Source: an uncultured Acidobacteriaceae bacterium (GTDB lineage: Bacteria > Acidobacteriota > Terriglobia > Terriglobales > Acidobacteriaceae). Taken from it: 64,000 nucleotides of DNA. Position numbers and translations under genes: made by a program. The stretch covers positions 469-64,468 of the forward strand of contig CAWIPZ010000046.1 of NCBI GenBank assembly GCA_963837915.1, read 5' to 3'. Of this stretch, positions 42,943 to 52,141 are shown in pieces (positions within the stretch are counted from its first letter, which is position 1; each line of letters opens with the position of its first letter). The notes beneath the pieces were generated by a model that was not told the origin of the DNA, made no database searches, and saw nothing but the letters and a program-made list of their open reading frames with translations.

Positions 42943-44388
42943 TTAGTTTCCGGCGAGCGCTGGAACAGGCGCCTTGGGGCCCGTCTTTGCCGAAACTTTG
43001 AGTTCCGATTCGATTTGTTCAACCAGTTCGCGAAAACGCTGCTCAAACGCATCTTTATTTTTGTTGGCTGTTCCGCCGATCCAAAGCATCAAACGGCCCC
43101 TGACATCGCGCACCGGCACGGCCCACACCCGCATGTGGACGAAATAGAAGACGAAGGCCAGACCAAAGCCCATGACGATCACGCCCGCCCAAACCCCCCA
43201 CTGGCCAGGTTCGTGCGAAACCTCCAGTCCGGTGAAGTAGGCCATCTCCACGTCCTTGCCTTCGAATGCATATGGCGACGACGCGTTCTGCTCGTGGCCT
43301 GGGATCGGAGGCAGCCAGACATTCACGGCCTGACTCGACTTCCTGGATTCCACTATCAGATGGGCCGCCGGATTTTCCAACTGGTGAGAGCGAGCGTAAA
43401 CCTGGCCATCACTTACTACATAGTCGGGTATGAACTCGGCGAGGCGAACAGTTGTGTCGGCATCCAGTGGAAGAGTTTCATCTAAACCAATCGTGATGTC
43501 CTTGGGATCTCGGCCGTCGCGTGGAGTGGCGGTTAGCACCAGTTTGTCGAGCTTTCCCGTGTTCCCGTAGCTCGCCTGATAGAAGCGTATGCCGCCATAA
43601 ACCAAAGGATCGTTGACCACGATCTGCTTCCGCAGGATTACGTGCCCATCCTTCAGCACCGCCAGATCGGACCACCACCGTTTGGGAGTGCCATCGGCAT
43701 AGTTTTCCCGGCCAGCGCCGTCACAGCGGACGGCAAACGGCAGGTTGCGCGTAACGCCCTTCTGCGGTTCCACCTGGCTCGACTGTTGTCCGCGGGTGAG
43801 TGTGACGAAGGCGCGCCAGCCGTACAGCGCATCGACGATGCCTCCGAGAAAAATGAGAAGCAGGCTTGCATGCACGATATAAACTGCCATTTCAGAAAGG
43901 CGGTTACGCTCGCCGAAAAGAGAGAAGCTGTTCTCGCGCACAATCCGATCCGGTCTGAATCCTGCCTTTTGAAACACTCGCTCCGCGATGCTCAAGGTCG
44001 CTTCTTCATCTTCAATCGGAATCAGCACATGGCCGGGCAGTGCTTTTCGGAATGCCTCGTCAGGGCTTTTATAGGGACGGGAGAAATACCTCCACGCGTT
44101 GGGAAAGCGCTGGACCGAGGCGGCAATGATGCTGAGACTCACCAGGCTCAGCAGCAAAACGAACCACCAGGCATGGAAAACGTCGGTTAGTCCCAATCCA
44201 TCGAGCAGGCGCAGCACCTGTGGCGAATAGGCCCGCTGCATCTCATCGACATCCGTCGCGGGACGCTGCAGAATCACTGTCCCAGCTGCCGAGAGGATTA
44301 CGACTAGAATGAGCAGCATGACTCCGGTCTTAATCGCAGCCAGAGTTTGCCAGATTTTGCGAGGTATGGAATCGACGGTCGCAGCCAT
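42943..44388 (-). CDS. ccsB: Cytochrome c biogenesis protein CcsB/ResB (System II)
   Basis: ResB-like N-terminus IWQTLAAIKTGVMLLILVVILSAAGTVILQRP, a large soluble loop, and C-terminal TM helices. Immediately upstream of ccsA. Confidence 0.85.
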   Translation of the reverse strand: MAATVDSIPRKIWQTLAAIKTGVMLLILVVILSAAGTVILQRPATDVDEMQRAYSPQVLRLLDGLGLTDVFHAWWFVLLLSLVSLSIIAASVQRFPNAWRYFSRPYKSPDEAFRKALPGHVLIPIEDEEATLSIAERVFQKAGFRPDRIVRENSFSLFGERNRLSEMAVYIVHASLLLIFLGGIVDALYGWRAFVTLTRGQQSSQVEPQKGVTRNLPFAVRCDGAGRENYADGTPKRWWSDLAVLKDGHVILRKQIVVNDPLVYGGIRFYQASYGNTGKLDKLVLTATPRDGRDPKDITIGLDETLPLDADTTVRLAEFIPDYVVSDGQVYARSHQLENPAAHLIVESRKSSQAVNVWLPPIPGHEQNASSPYAFEGKDVEMAYFTGLEVSHEPGQWGVWAGVIVMGFGLAFVFYFVHMRVWAVPVRDVRGRLMLWIGGTANKNKDAFEQRFRELVEQIESELKVSAKTGPKAPVPALAGN

Positions 44389-44502
44389 AACTTTCCTCTT
44401 CCCGCACTGAAGAAAGCACGTTTCGCGCCATTATTGGAGGTTCGGCGAAGTTGTTGAAATTCCACGTCGTAAGGAGAATCGGCTTGATCCGCAAAAGCGC
44501 GT

Positions 44503-44518
44503 TGTGAGCCATATCACA
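44503..44518. promoter_or_regulatory. Perfect CRP-type box TGTGA-GCCATA-TCACA
   Basis: Exact consensus in the divergent region between the ccsB operon and the 16-haem cytochrome operon. Confidence 0.55.
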
Positions 44519-44764
44519 CAGCGGATTGGAATTCCGCGGGGATTTGGCGCAGACTAATGCCGCTAGCGCGGCTTCGGTTCGTTCGTCCGAGGAGCCTAGT
44601 TCCATGGGTCATTTTGACCATTTCACTGCGGGAGAATCCGCAAAGTAGTGAAAGTCTCAACGATTGCGAGCTCTCATAGAGTCGAACCCGGCTCCCAACT
44701 GATTTTGTTGCAATGTATTAGAGAAGATGTTCGGAAATCCACCGAGTCGGAGAGCTAAGGCGAG

Positions 44765-46315
44765 ATGCGTGCACAAGCAACCGAGCAGGGAGTGGTGGGC
44801 GTGACGCTGAAATCATTCCAATTGAATCCCAGAGCGACTCACAGGCTAAGCGTACTGGTGTGCTTCCTGGTTGTCGTCGTATTTGCTGCTCCCGCCTTCG
44901 CTGCGAAGCATCCGGTTCCACTGGATCCGAAAGCCGATCCCGCCACCTGCCTCACCTGCCATGAAAATAAAACCAAAGGCAAGGCGGTCCATTCCGCGAT
45001 TGCCATGGGCTGCCTGAGCTGCCATGAAATCCGGGTCAATAGAGATAACACTTACGTAAAGCTGATTACCGCGACGCCTTACAAGCTCTGCCTCACCTGC
45101 CACGCTGATAAAGACTCCACGCAGATCAAGGGTAAAGTGCACCCGCCGGCAGTTCGCGATTGCCTGACCTGCCACGATCCGCACACTTCCGACAATAAGA
45201 ATCAATTGTTGAAGCTGACTTCGGGCGACAAGAAGGATAATCTCTGCCTCACCTGCCACACGCAGGGGACGAATGTGCCGGATGGTGGCAGCCGCCACGC
45301 TGCACTGGACATGGGCTGCGACACCTGCCACACCGTGCACAAGACGGGGGACCGGGGCAAGCGCGAATTTGATTTTCACCTGACCAGGGATGCTCCCGCG
45401 CTGTGCGTCGACTGTCACGATGTGAAGGAAAGCAGTCTGGTGAAGGCGCACCAGGGACAGCCCTTCGCCACAGCTGACTGCCTGACCTGCCACGATCCGC
45501 ACCAGTCGAAAGCACCCAAGCTGATGCAGGCGTTCTTGCATCCTCCGTTTGAGTCGAAGTCGTGCGATACCTGCCACCAGCCTGCCAAGGATGGCAAAGT
45601 TGTGCTGACCATGGCCAGCCCGAAGGAGATATGTGTTACCTGCCACGCCGACAAGGCTGAGCAGATCGAGAAGGCGAAGGTGCCGCATCCGGGTGCGGCG
45701 GGCGATTGTACCGATTGCCACAACCCGCACGCCGGACGCTCGCCGGCCTTCCCCAAGCCGGACGCGGTTTCGGTTTGCCTCGGTTGTCATAGTGATCAAG
45801 CGGAGGAGGGCAAGAAACAGCACGTGCACCAGCCCGCCTTCGAGCAGGGCTGCGCCACCTGCCATGATCCGCATGGCAACGATAACCAACATTTGCTGCG
45901 GGCGAACGCGCCCAATCCACTGTGCCTTGAGTGCCACGCTCCCGATGCCAAGCCGCAGAAGCTGGAAGGCGAACACCTGGTAACCATCTTCGACGGCAAG
46001 GTGAAATTGCCGGAAAACTACTTTGCCAAGGTGCCGGTTCTGCCGCTGGAGTATGGCCTAGGCCATCCCGTAGAACGTCACCCGGTTTCGGATCTGGTGG
46101 ATCCCAAGGATCGGACCCACGTTCTGATCCCCTTGAATTGCCTGACCTGCCATCAGCCGCACGCTTCGGCGAAGCCCGATCTACTGGTGAAAGATCAGGC
46201 CAACAATATGGAGTTTTGCCACAGCTGCCACAAGGGTCTGATTGGTCCCAAACAACAGCTTGGTCCGGCGCAAGGAAACGCTGCGCCAGGAATTCCTCCA
46301 AAAGGAGCGCAATAG
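44765..46315 (+). CDS. Periplasmic multihaem c-type cytochrome with 16 CxxCH motifs
   Basis: Signal peptide (LSVLVCFLVVVVFAAPAFA). I counted 16 CxxCH motifs (CLTCH x6, CLSCH, CDTCH x2, CVDCH, CVTCH, CTDCH, CLGCH, CATCH, CLECH, CHSCH), arranged in c7/c3-like repeats. Confidence 0.9.
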   Translation: MRAQATEQGVVGVTLKSFQLNPRATHRLSVLVCFLVVVVFAAPAFAAKHPVPLDPKADPATCLTCHENKTKGKAVHSAIAMGCLSCHEIRVNRDNTYVKLITATPYKLCLTCHADKDSTQIKGKVHPPAVRDCLTCHDPHTSDNKNQLLKLTSGDKKDNLCLTCHTQGTNVPDGGSRHAALDMGCDTCHTVHKTGDRGKREFDFHLTRDAPALCVDCHDVKESSLVKAHQGQPFATADCLTCHDPHQSKAPKLMQAFLHPPFESKSCDTCHQPAKDGKVVLTMASPKEICVTCHADKAEQIEKAKVPHPGAAGDCTDCHNPHAGRSPAFPKPDAVSVCLGCHSDQAEEGKKQHVHQPAFEQGCATCHDPHGNDNQHLLRANAPNPLCLECHAPDAKPQKLEGEHLVTIFDGKVKLPENYFAKVPVLPLEYGLGHPVERHPVSDLVDPKDRTHVLIPLNCLTCHQPHASAKPDLLVKDQANNMEFCHSCHKGLIGPKQQLGPAQGNAAPGIPPKGAQ

Positions 46316-46317
46316 AT

Positions 46318-47580
46318 ATGGCTGAGACGATGCAAAAGTGTGCGCGCAGCGGATTATTTGCGACTGCGGTGCTGACCCTGCTGGCCGCCATTTGGGTTTC
46401 CGCGGCTTTCGCCGATCAAAAGAAAGAGACTACGCCCGCAAAGCCGCCGGAGCCGCCGAAGATCGATATTTCCAACATCGTCTGGCCGCAACCGCCCGCC
46501 ATCGCGCGGCTCAGGTATCTGGACTATTTTTCCGCTCAGAAGAAGGATCCAGAGACTGCAAAGCCGGAGGTCAAGAAGAAGTCGTGGATGGACCGCATGG
46601 CCGGCGTCAGTCCCGATGATGCCGCCAAGAAAGCCGGCACCAAGCCCCGTTACCAACTCGGCACACCCTACGGGCTCGCGGTCGACTCCAAGGGATTGTT
46701 GTACGTGGCCGATACCAAGGTGGGAGCAGTTTTTATCTTCAACCCCGAGAGCAAAGACACCGGATTTATCAAGCATGGTGTGGACGCCAAGTTCGGCCGC
46801 ATTTTCGGCCTGGTCATCGATGATGGCGACCGGCTTTTCGTCTCCGACGGCCAGTACAATCACGTGCTGGTGTTCAATCCCGAACATAAACTCGAAGGCC
46901 AGTTCGGCGAAGGCGTGATGAACGATCCGGCGGGGCTGGCCATCGACGAAGAGAACCGTTTTCTTTATGTGGCGAATACGGGAACCGACCAGGTGCTGGT
47001 CTACGATGCCGACACATTCAAGCTGCTGCACAAGATTGGGACCGCGGGCAAGAACCGCACTCTGACCGATCCCGGTGATTTTGCCGCGCCGACCAACGTG
47101 GCCGTGGATAAAGACGGCAATCTTTACGTTACCGACACGCTGAACGACCGGGTTGAAGTGTTTGACGCTGAGGGTGCATTCATCCGCACGTTCGGCAAGA
47201 ACGGCGATGGGCCGGGAGAGTTCACGCGTCCCAAGGGCATTGCCATCGATTGCGACGGCCATGTGTGGGTCGCGGACGCCAACTTGAACCGGCTGCAGGT
47301 ATTCACGCCGGAGGGTGATTTGCGTCTGATCGTGGGTGGATTCGGCTGGCTACCCGGGCAATTCCAGGCGCTGGCGGGGTTGACCATCGATAAGCAGAAC
47401 CGGGTGTTCACCAGCGAGCAATATCTCGGCCGAGTGCAGATGTTTCGCTACGTCACCAACGCTGAAGCCCAGGTCGAATACGATCGCCGCCTAGCCGAGG
47501 TGGCGAAGAGGGCGGCGCAGAAGCCGGCACCGGCGCCGGTAGGCGAGAAGAAGCCTGTGGACAATGCGCCGCAGCGTTGA
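46318..47580 (+). CDS. Secreted six-bladed NHL-repeat beta-propeller protein
   Basis: Signal peptide (LFATAVLTLLAAIWVSAAFA) and six repeats of the form P.G.A.D..G.LYV.D....RV.VF. Its ATG lies 3 nt after the cytochrome stop, with an AAAGGAG RBS. Confidence 0.85.
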   Translation: MAETMQKCARSGLFATAVLTLLAAIWVSAAFADQKKETTPAKPPEPPKIDISNIVWPQPPAIARLRYLDYFSAQKKDPETAKPEVKKKSWMDRMAGVSPDDAAKKAGTKPRYQLGTPYGLAVDSKGLLYVADTKVGAVFIFNPESKDTGFIKHGVDAKFGRIFGLVIDDGDRLFVSDGQYNHVLVFNPEHKLEGQFGEGVMNDPAGLAIDEENRFLYVANTGTDQVLVYDADTFKLLHKIGTAGKNRTLTDPGDFAAPTNVAVDKDGNLYVTDTLNDRVEVFDAEGAFIRTFGKNGDGPGEFTRPKGIAIDCDGHVWVADANLNRLQVFTPEGDLRLIVGGFGWLPGQFQALAGLTIDKQNRVFTSEQYLGRVQMFRYVTNAEAQVEYDRRLAEVAKRAAQKPAPAPVGEKKPVDNAPQR

Positions 47581-47986
47581 ACCCAACGCCCGAGACGCCA
47601 AAGCCGACGCCACCAGTAGCACCAGCAATGCCGACAACCGTCAAGAGGCCCTAAGCAACGAGTACCGAGACAAAGACGCTCGGTATCCCGCCTAATCTCG
47701 CCCAAACGCCCCTAGAATAAGTGCGCCAGATCGCCCCTCTAACCCAGCCGGATGTTGCGTTATTTCACCTGTCCGGGTGTGGGAGAAGGCTCATCCCAGC
47801 CCTACGCTGCCGCCATTGAAATTTGCAAAACGTTTCGCATGATGCGGAACTCATTATGTGGCAATAGTTTACGGTCCATGGAAAGGACTAACGCGCTCCA
47901 ATGATTAGGTGATGGCCGTGCACATACAGGGGTGAGTAAGAAGTACAACTCGAACAAAGGTCTTTATTCTGAGGAGGTTTTAGACC

Positions 47987-48997
47987 ATGAAACGCGTAAT
48001 GCTAGTAGTCCTCTTCGCCCTGCTGGCAGTAGCCATGGCATCGGCGCAGACATTCGTACCCACCACAGACGTGTTGGGTGCACACAATAACGGAGGACGC
48101 GGCTGCGCGGGCTGCCACGCTCCCCACAGCGGCGGACGCGGCAACGGTGGCGATCTGGTCGCCGGCAGCGGTGTCACCAGCCTGGGCGGCGCAGAAGGCG
48201 ATTATCACCTCTGGGGCCAGGACGTATCGTTGATCACCCAGGAAACCCTGCAATTCGGCGGCGGCTATGACAACGGCGGCGCCGGCTACACGGTCAACTT
48301 TGTGGCCGGACAGTGGACAGCCTCGTCCCTGCCCGCGATCTCGGGCATTGCTTCCTGCCTGAGCTGCCACGACGGGAACGTCTCGAAGGGCGCCATGATG
48401 ATGAATCAGTCCTACGAGCAAGCGGCTGGCCTGCTGCCGAACGGCAACGGCAAATATGCCACCACAGGTCCGCTGTATGGCAGCACGCCCATTCCGACCC
48501 TGCTTGGCAACGACGGTGGCACGCCTGGCGATTACCTGAACGATCACCCGGTGGGACCGAATGCGAACTACAACGGCCTGAGCTATCCTCAGCCGCTGTC
48601 CTACTACGGTCTGACGTACGTCGATTCGACCGGCTTCCTCGGGCCCGCCCCCGTCTGGACGGCGACCGGAACGTATGCGACGTTCCTGCAGAACTACGGC
48701 GCGCCCGCCATCAACGGGATGGTGATCGACGCCACCAACCAGGTGCCTTATGTGGTTTGCACCACTTGCCACAACCAGCACCAGATGAACGTCTACAACG
48801 CTCCCGCCACTGGGTTGGGCGCGATTAATGGCGCGGCAGGAACCTATGCCACGTACTTCTTCGTCAACGCTCCTTACAACCCGGGCGCGAAGTGGACACC
48901 GACGGCTGCGCCTTCCACCACGCAGTTCTGCCGGCAGTGCCACTTCGGCGTCGCCAATGAAGCTTTTGGCGTCACCGGCGTGACCACTGCGTATTAG
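47987..48997 (+). CDS. Secreted tetrahaem c-type cytochrome, G/N/T/Y-rich with very few charged residues
   Basis: Signal peptide MKRVMLVVLFALLAVAMASA. Four CxxCH motifs (CAGCH, CLSCH, CTTCH, CRQCH). GAGGAGG RBS and its own terminator. Confidence 0.85.
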   Translation: MKRVMLVVLFALLAVAMASAQTFVPTTDVLGAHNNGGRGCAGCHAPHSGGRGNGGDLVAGSGVTSLGGAEGDYHLWGQDVSLITQETLQFGGGYDNGGAGYTVNFVAGQWTASSLPAISGIASCLSCHDGNVSKGAMMMNQSYEQAAGLLPNGNGKYATTGPLYGSTPIPTLLGNDGGTPGDYLNDHPVGPNANYNGLSYPQPLSYYGLTYVDSTGFLGPAPVWTATGTYATFLQNYGAPAINGMVIDATNQVPYVVCTTCHNQHQMNVYNAPATGLGAINGAAGTYATYFFVNAPYNPGAKWTPTAAPSTTQFCRQCHFGVANEAFGVTGVTTAY

Positions 48998-49010
48998 TTG
49001 GTTGTTTTGC

Positions 49011-49045
49011 CTGAGGGGAGAAAGGATCTCTCCCCTCAGATTTTA
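49011..49045 (+). terminator. Rho-independent terminator
   Basis: 11-bp stem ctgaggggaga / tctcccctcag, 7-nt loop, followed by atttt. Confidence 0.7.
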
Positions 49046-49192
49046 AGACTTGGTCATTTGGTTAGGGCAGTTTCAGTGAAACCAGAAACCAGGAACTAGC
49101 GACCGGAAACTGGAAACTGCAGTCACCAAATCACCAAGTGAATGGATTGGGGAGAGGAGCCGCTGAAGTTCTGCCCCGAAAGTGAGAACTAA

Positions 49193-50269
49193 ATGAAAAG
49201 CAAGAACTACAAACTGCAGATTCTGACCTTGGCCCTGGCAGCACTGGCGATCTCTCCGGCGCTGGCGCAGGTCGCTTCCCACGAACCGACAGCACTGAAG
49301 CCGATGGTAGCGTCGAGCGCCGCGCCCGCAGGCGCGCCGACAGCAAGCGCGACCCTGAGCCCGGTTCAACCGGTCACCAACAGGCCAGTGGTGCGCATTA
49401 ATGGCACCGAACTGACCGACCGCGACTTATTGCGCGAGATGCTGATCATCTTTCCTTATGCGCGCCAGCACAACGGCTTTCCGAAGGCTGAGGAACCGAA
49501 GATCCGGATGGGCGCACTGAAGATGATTGAGTTCGAGGAGTTGGTGTACCAGGAAGCGGAGCGCAAAGGGCTGACGGTGCCCCCTGCGACGCTGCAGAAG
49601 GCGCAAGCCGAGTTCCGTGCCCAGTTTCCCAACCAGGAAGCGTTCGATGGATTTTTGAAGACGGAAATGCAGGGTTCAAAGCTGGTGTTGCGCAAACAAA
49701 TCAGGCGCTCGCTGCTGGTCGACCAATTCCTGAAGGCGGAAGTGACGGACAAAGCAAAAGTAACGCTGGCGGAAACGCGGGCTTATTACGACAAGAATCC
49801 GGACGTCTTTCGCTATAGCGAGAACTTCAGCATCCAGACCATTTCGATTCTGCCCTCGGATAAAGCCAGCGATGAAGTGAAGAAGCAAGCCCGCCAAGCG
49901 GCGGAAGAAGCGTGCCAGAAGGCCAAGGCGACCAAGAGCTACCAAGAGTTTGGCTTGCTGGCAGAAAGAGTTTCGGAAGATGACTTCCACGTGAACATGG
50001 GCGACCACAAAACGGTCGACCGCGACAAGTTGCCGCCGGAGATCGTGAAGGCGGCGCTGGCCATGCAGCCGGGACAAACGAGTGATCTGCTGCAACTGGG
50101 CAACTTCTACACCTGCTTCCGGCTGAACGCGCATATGCCCGCCGGCAAGCGGACGTTTGCGCAGGTGAAAGATGCTCTGCGCCAAAGCTTGGAGAGAGAA
50201 AAATACGAGCGCTTGCGCGGGGGGCTAGACCAGAAGCTGCGGCAGACCGCGAAGGTGGAAGAACTCTAA
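49193..50269 (+). CDS. Periplasmic SurA/PpiD-like peptidyl-prolyl isomerase (parvulin type) chaperone
   Basis: Signal peptide (LQILTLALAALAISPALA), a SurA-N-like region, and a PpiC-type domain (FSIQTISILPS...MQPGQTSDLLQLGNFYTCFRL). Confidence 0.75.
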   Translation: MKSKNYKLQILTLALAALAISPALAQVASHEPTALKPMVASSAAPAGAPTASATLSPVQPVTNRPVVRINGTELTDRDLLREMLIIFPYARQHNGFPKAEEPKIRMGALKMIEFEELVYQEAERKGLTVPPATLQKAQAEFRAQFPNQEAFDGFLKTEMQGSKLVLRKQIRRSLLVDQFLKAEVTDKAKVTLAETRAYYDKNPDVFRYSENFSIQTISILPSDKASDEVKKQARQAAEEACQKAKATKSYQEFGLLAERVSEDDFHVNMGDHKTVDRDKLPPEIVKAALAMQPGQTSDLLQLGNFYTCFRLNAHMPAGKRTFAQVKDALRQSLEREKYERLRGGLDQKLRQTAKVEEL

Positions 50270-50281
50270 GGGGTTGACGCT

Positions 50282-52141
50282 GTGCCGTGGAGAATGAGAG
50301 ATCGACGGTTGGTCGGGCTGGCGCTGATGGTGACGCTGGTGTTGGGGACGCTGGCGCTCTCACCGGTGGCGGCGGCGCAGGTAGCGTTGGGCGACCTGCA
50401 TGCTACCGCGAGCGGGCAACTGACGTCGTTGTATAACGACAGTTTCGGCAATCTGGGCACTACGGATGCTCACTCCTTGGGCTTCGCGGGCCGGGGCGTA
50501 ATCAGCGGCGATTACTATAACCCCAATTTCCTCTCTTTCACACTGCTCCCTTATTACGGCCGGTCGCAGGACAACTCTGATATGCAGTCGATTAGTGACG
50601 CCAGCGGTTACACGGGGACACTCAATATTTTCAAGGGCAGCCACTTTCCCGGGGTTGTAACCTTCGACCAGACTTGGAACAGCACGGGAACATTCGGGGT
50701 TCCGGATGTGAGCGGACTGGCCACGAAGATTAACAGCCACGGATTGAACGTGGTGTGGAGCGCACTGTTGCCCAACCTGCCAACGCTTTCGGTTGGCTAC
50801 GGACAGACCGCGGGCACGAGTTCCTTGTTGGGCAGCGACGAGTCGACGGCATCTTCAACCAAGAATTTCAACGTCGGAAGCACATACAGCATCGGCAGTT
50901 TCTACTTGACTGGCGGCTTCATTCATTTGGACACGGATGTAGATATCAGCGGGCTCGAAGACGGGGAGGGGGACACGGCGCGCAGCTCGTCGAACCAATA
51001 CCGCCTCACCGGCCAGGGCCGGATCCCCTACCGAACCAGCAGCGCGTCGTTGAGCCTCAGCCGGATCAGTTACAGCAACGATGACACCCTCGGGGGCACG
51101 AATTATGGCACCACCGACACCGTCAACGGGAATGTAAACCTGGCATTCCCCAGGGCGCCGGTACAGGTGACCGCGACCTATACTGATAACCTTCTGGGCA
51201 GCATCGAGCAGCAAATGGTGAGCAACGGACAGGCGCCACTGGCGGGCTTAAACAGTCCCGAATCGCGCTCCGTCTCGGTGGAGGCCAGCACCTTTGTGAA
51301 TATATTGCCCCGGACGCTGGTGGGTGCTTACGTGTCGCGCACGCAGCAATACTTCGATGGTCAAAATATTGGGGTGACGCAGCTGGGCGTGAATGTGAGC
51401 TACAACTTCCTGCACACGCTGAAGGGGTTGATGTTTTACGGGGGGCTGGTGGAAAGCGCGACCCAGCAAGGCAATACTCGGCTGGGATTTATCGGCAACG
51501 TCACTTACAACAAGTACCTAGGCAAGTGGGAAATCAACAGCTTCGTGCGCTACGACCAGGACGTTGAAACACTGCTGGTGATGTACACGACTTCTACCTT
51601 GAATTATGGAGGCACACTAAAGCGCCAGCTTCCTCATGACGTGCGCTGGGTGGCCGTAGCCAACCTGGTCCGCAGCGTTTTTGAACAACAGGCCGGGAAT
51701 GCCAGCCACGGCGAGAGCTTCACCACCATGCTGATCTGGAGCCGGGCTTCGGTCTCGGGCATTTATACGAAATCAAACGGGACTTCGATTCTGACCGCGA
51801 CTGGGCTGGCGCCGTCGCCGGTGCCGGGATCGGTGCTGGGTGCGGGCAATTCGATTCTCTACAACGGCAGCAGTTACGGGGCTAACGCGAGCGTTTTTCC
51901 GGTGAAGCACATGTCCATCAGCACGGCGTGGTCGAAGTCGCTGAGCAATACCACGAGCCCATCGCTGCTTTCCAATAGCGGAAACACCAACTACTACGGT
52001 CTGGCCACGTATGAGTACAGAAAGCTGCTGTTCCAGGCGGGAGTAACAAAGTTCAACCAGAGCATCAGCACTTCCGGCACCCCGCCCACTATGTTAACTT
52101 CCTACTCATTCGGGATTTCCAGATGGTTCAAAGGATTCTAG
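50282..52141 (+). CDS. Outer-membrane beta-barrel (porin-like) protein
   Basis: Signal peptide (LVGLALMVTLVLGTLALSPVAAA), G/S/T/N/Y-rich sequence with an alternating pattern throughout, and a C-terminus ending in ...SRWFKGF with terminal Phe. Confidence 0.7.
   Translation: MPWRMRDRRLVGLALMVTLVLGTLALSPVAAAQVALGDLHATASGQLTSLYNDSFGNLGTTDAHSLGFAGRGVISGDYYNPNFLSFTLLPYYGRSQDNSDMQSISDASGYTGTLNIFKGSHFPGVVTFDQTWNSTGTFGVPDVSGLATKINSHGLNVVWSALLPNLPTLSVGYGQTAGTSSLLGSDESTASSTKNFNVGSTYSIGSFYLTGGFIHLDTDVDISGLEDGEGDTARSSSNQYRLTGQGRIPYRTSSASLSLSRISYSNDDTLGGTNYGTTDTVNGNVNLAFPRAPVQVTATYTDNLLGSIEQQMVSNGQAPLAGLNSPESRSVSVEASTFVNILPRTLVGAYVSRTQQYFDGQNIGVTQLGVNVSYNFLHTLKGLMFYGGLVESATQQGNTRLGFIGNVTYNKYLGKWEINSFVRYDQDVETLLVMYTTSTLNYGGTLKRQLPHDVRWVAVANLVRSVFEQQAGNASHGESFTTMLIWSRASVSGIYTKSNGTSILTATGLAPSPVPGSVLGAGNSILYNGSSYGANASVFPVKHMSISTAWSKSLSNTTSPSLLSNSGNTNYYGLATYEYRKLLFQAGVTKFNQSISTSGTPPTMLTSYSFGISRWFKGF

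Noticed and set aside
44545-44560. Possible sigma54 promoter TGGCGC-N-TGC upstream of the 16-haem operon. A second candidate, tggcaatagtttac, lies at 47859-47872.
   Set aside because: The GG-to-GC spacing is off by one in the first, and the -12 GC is missing in the second. Sigma54 promoters tolerate almost no spacing change.
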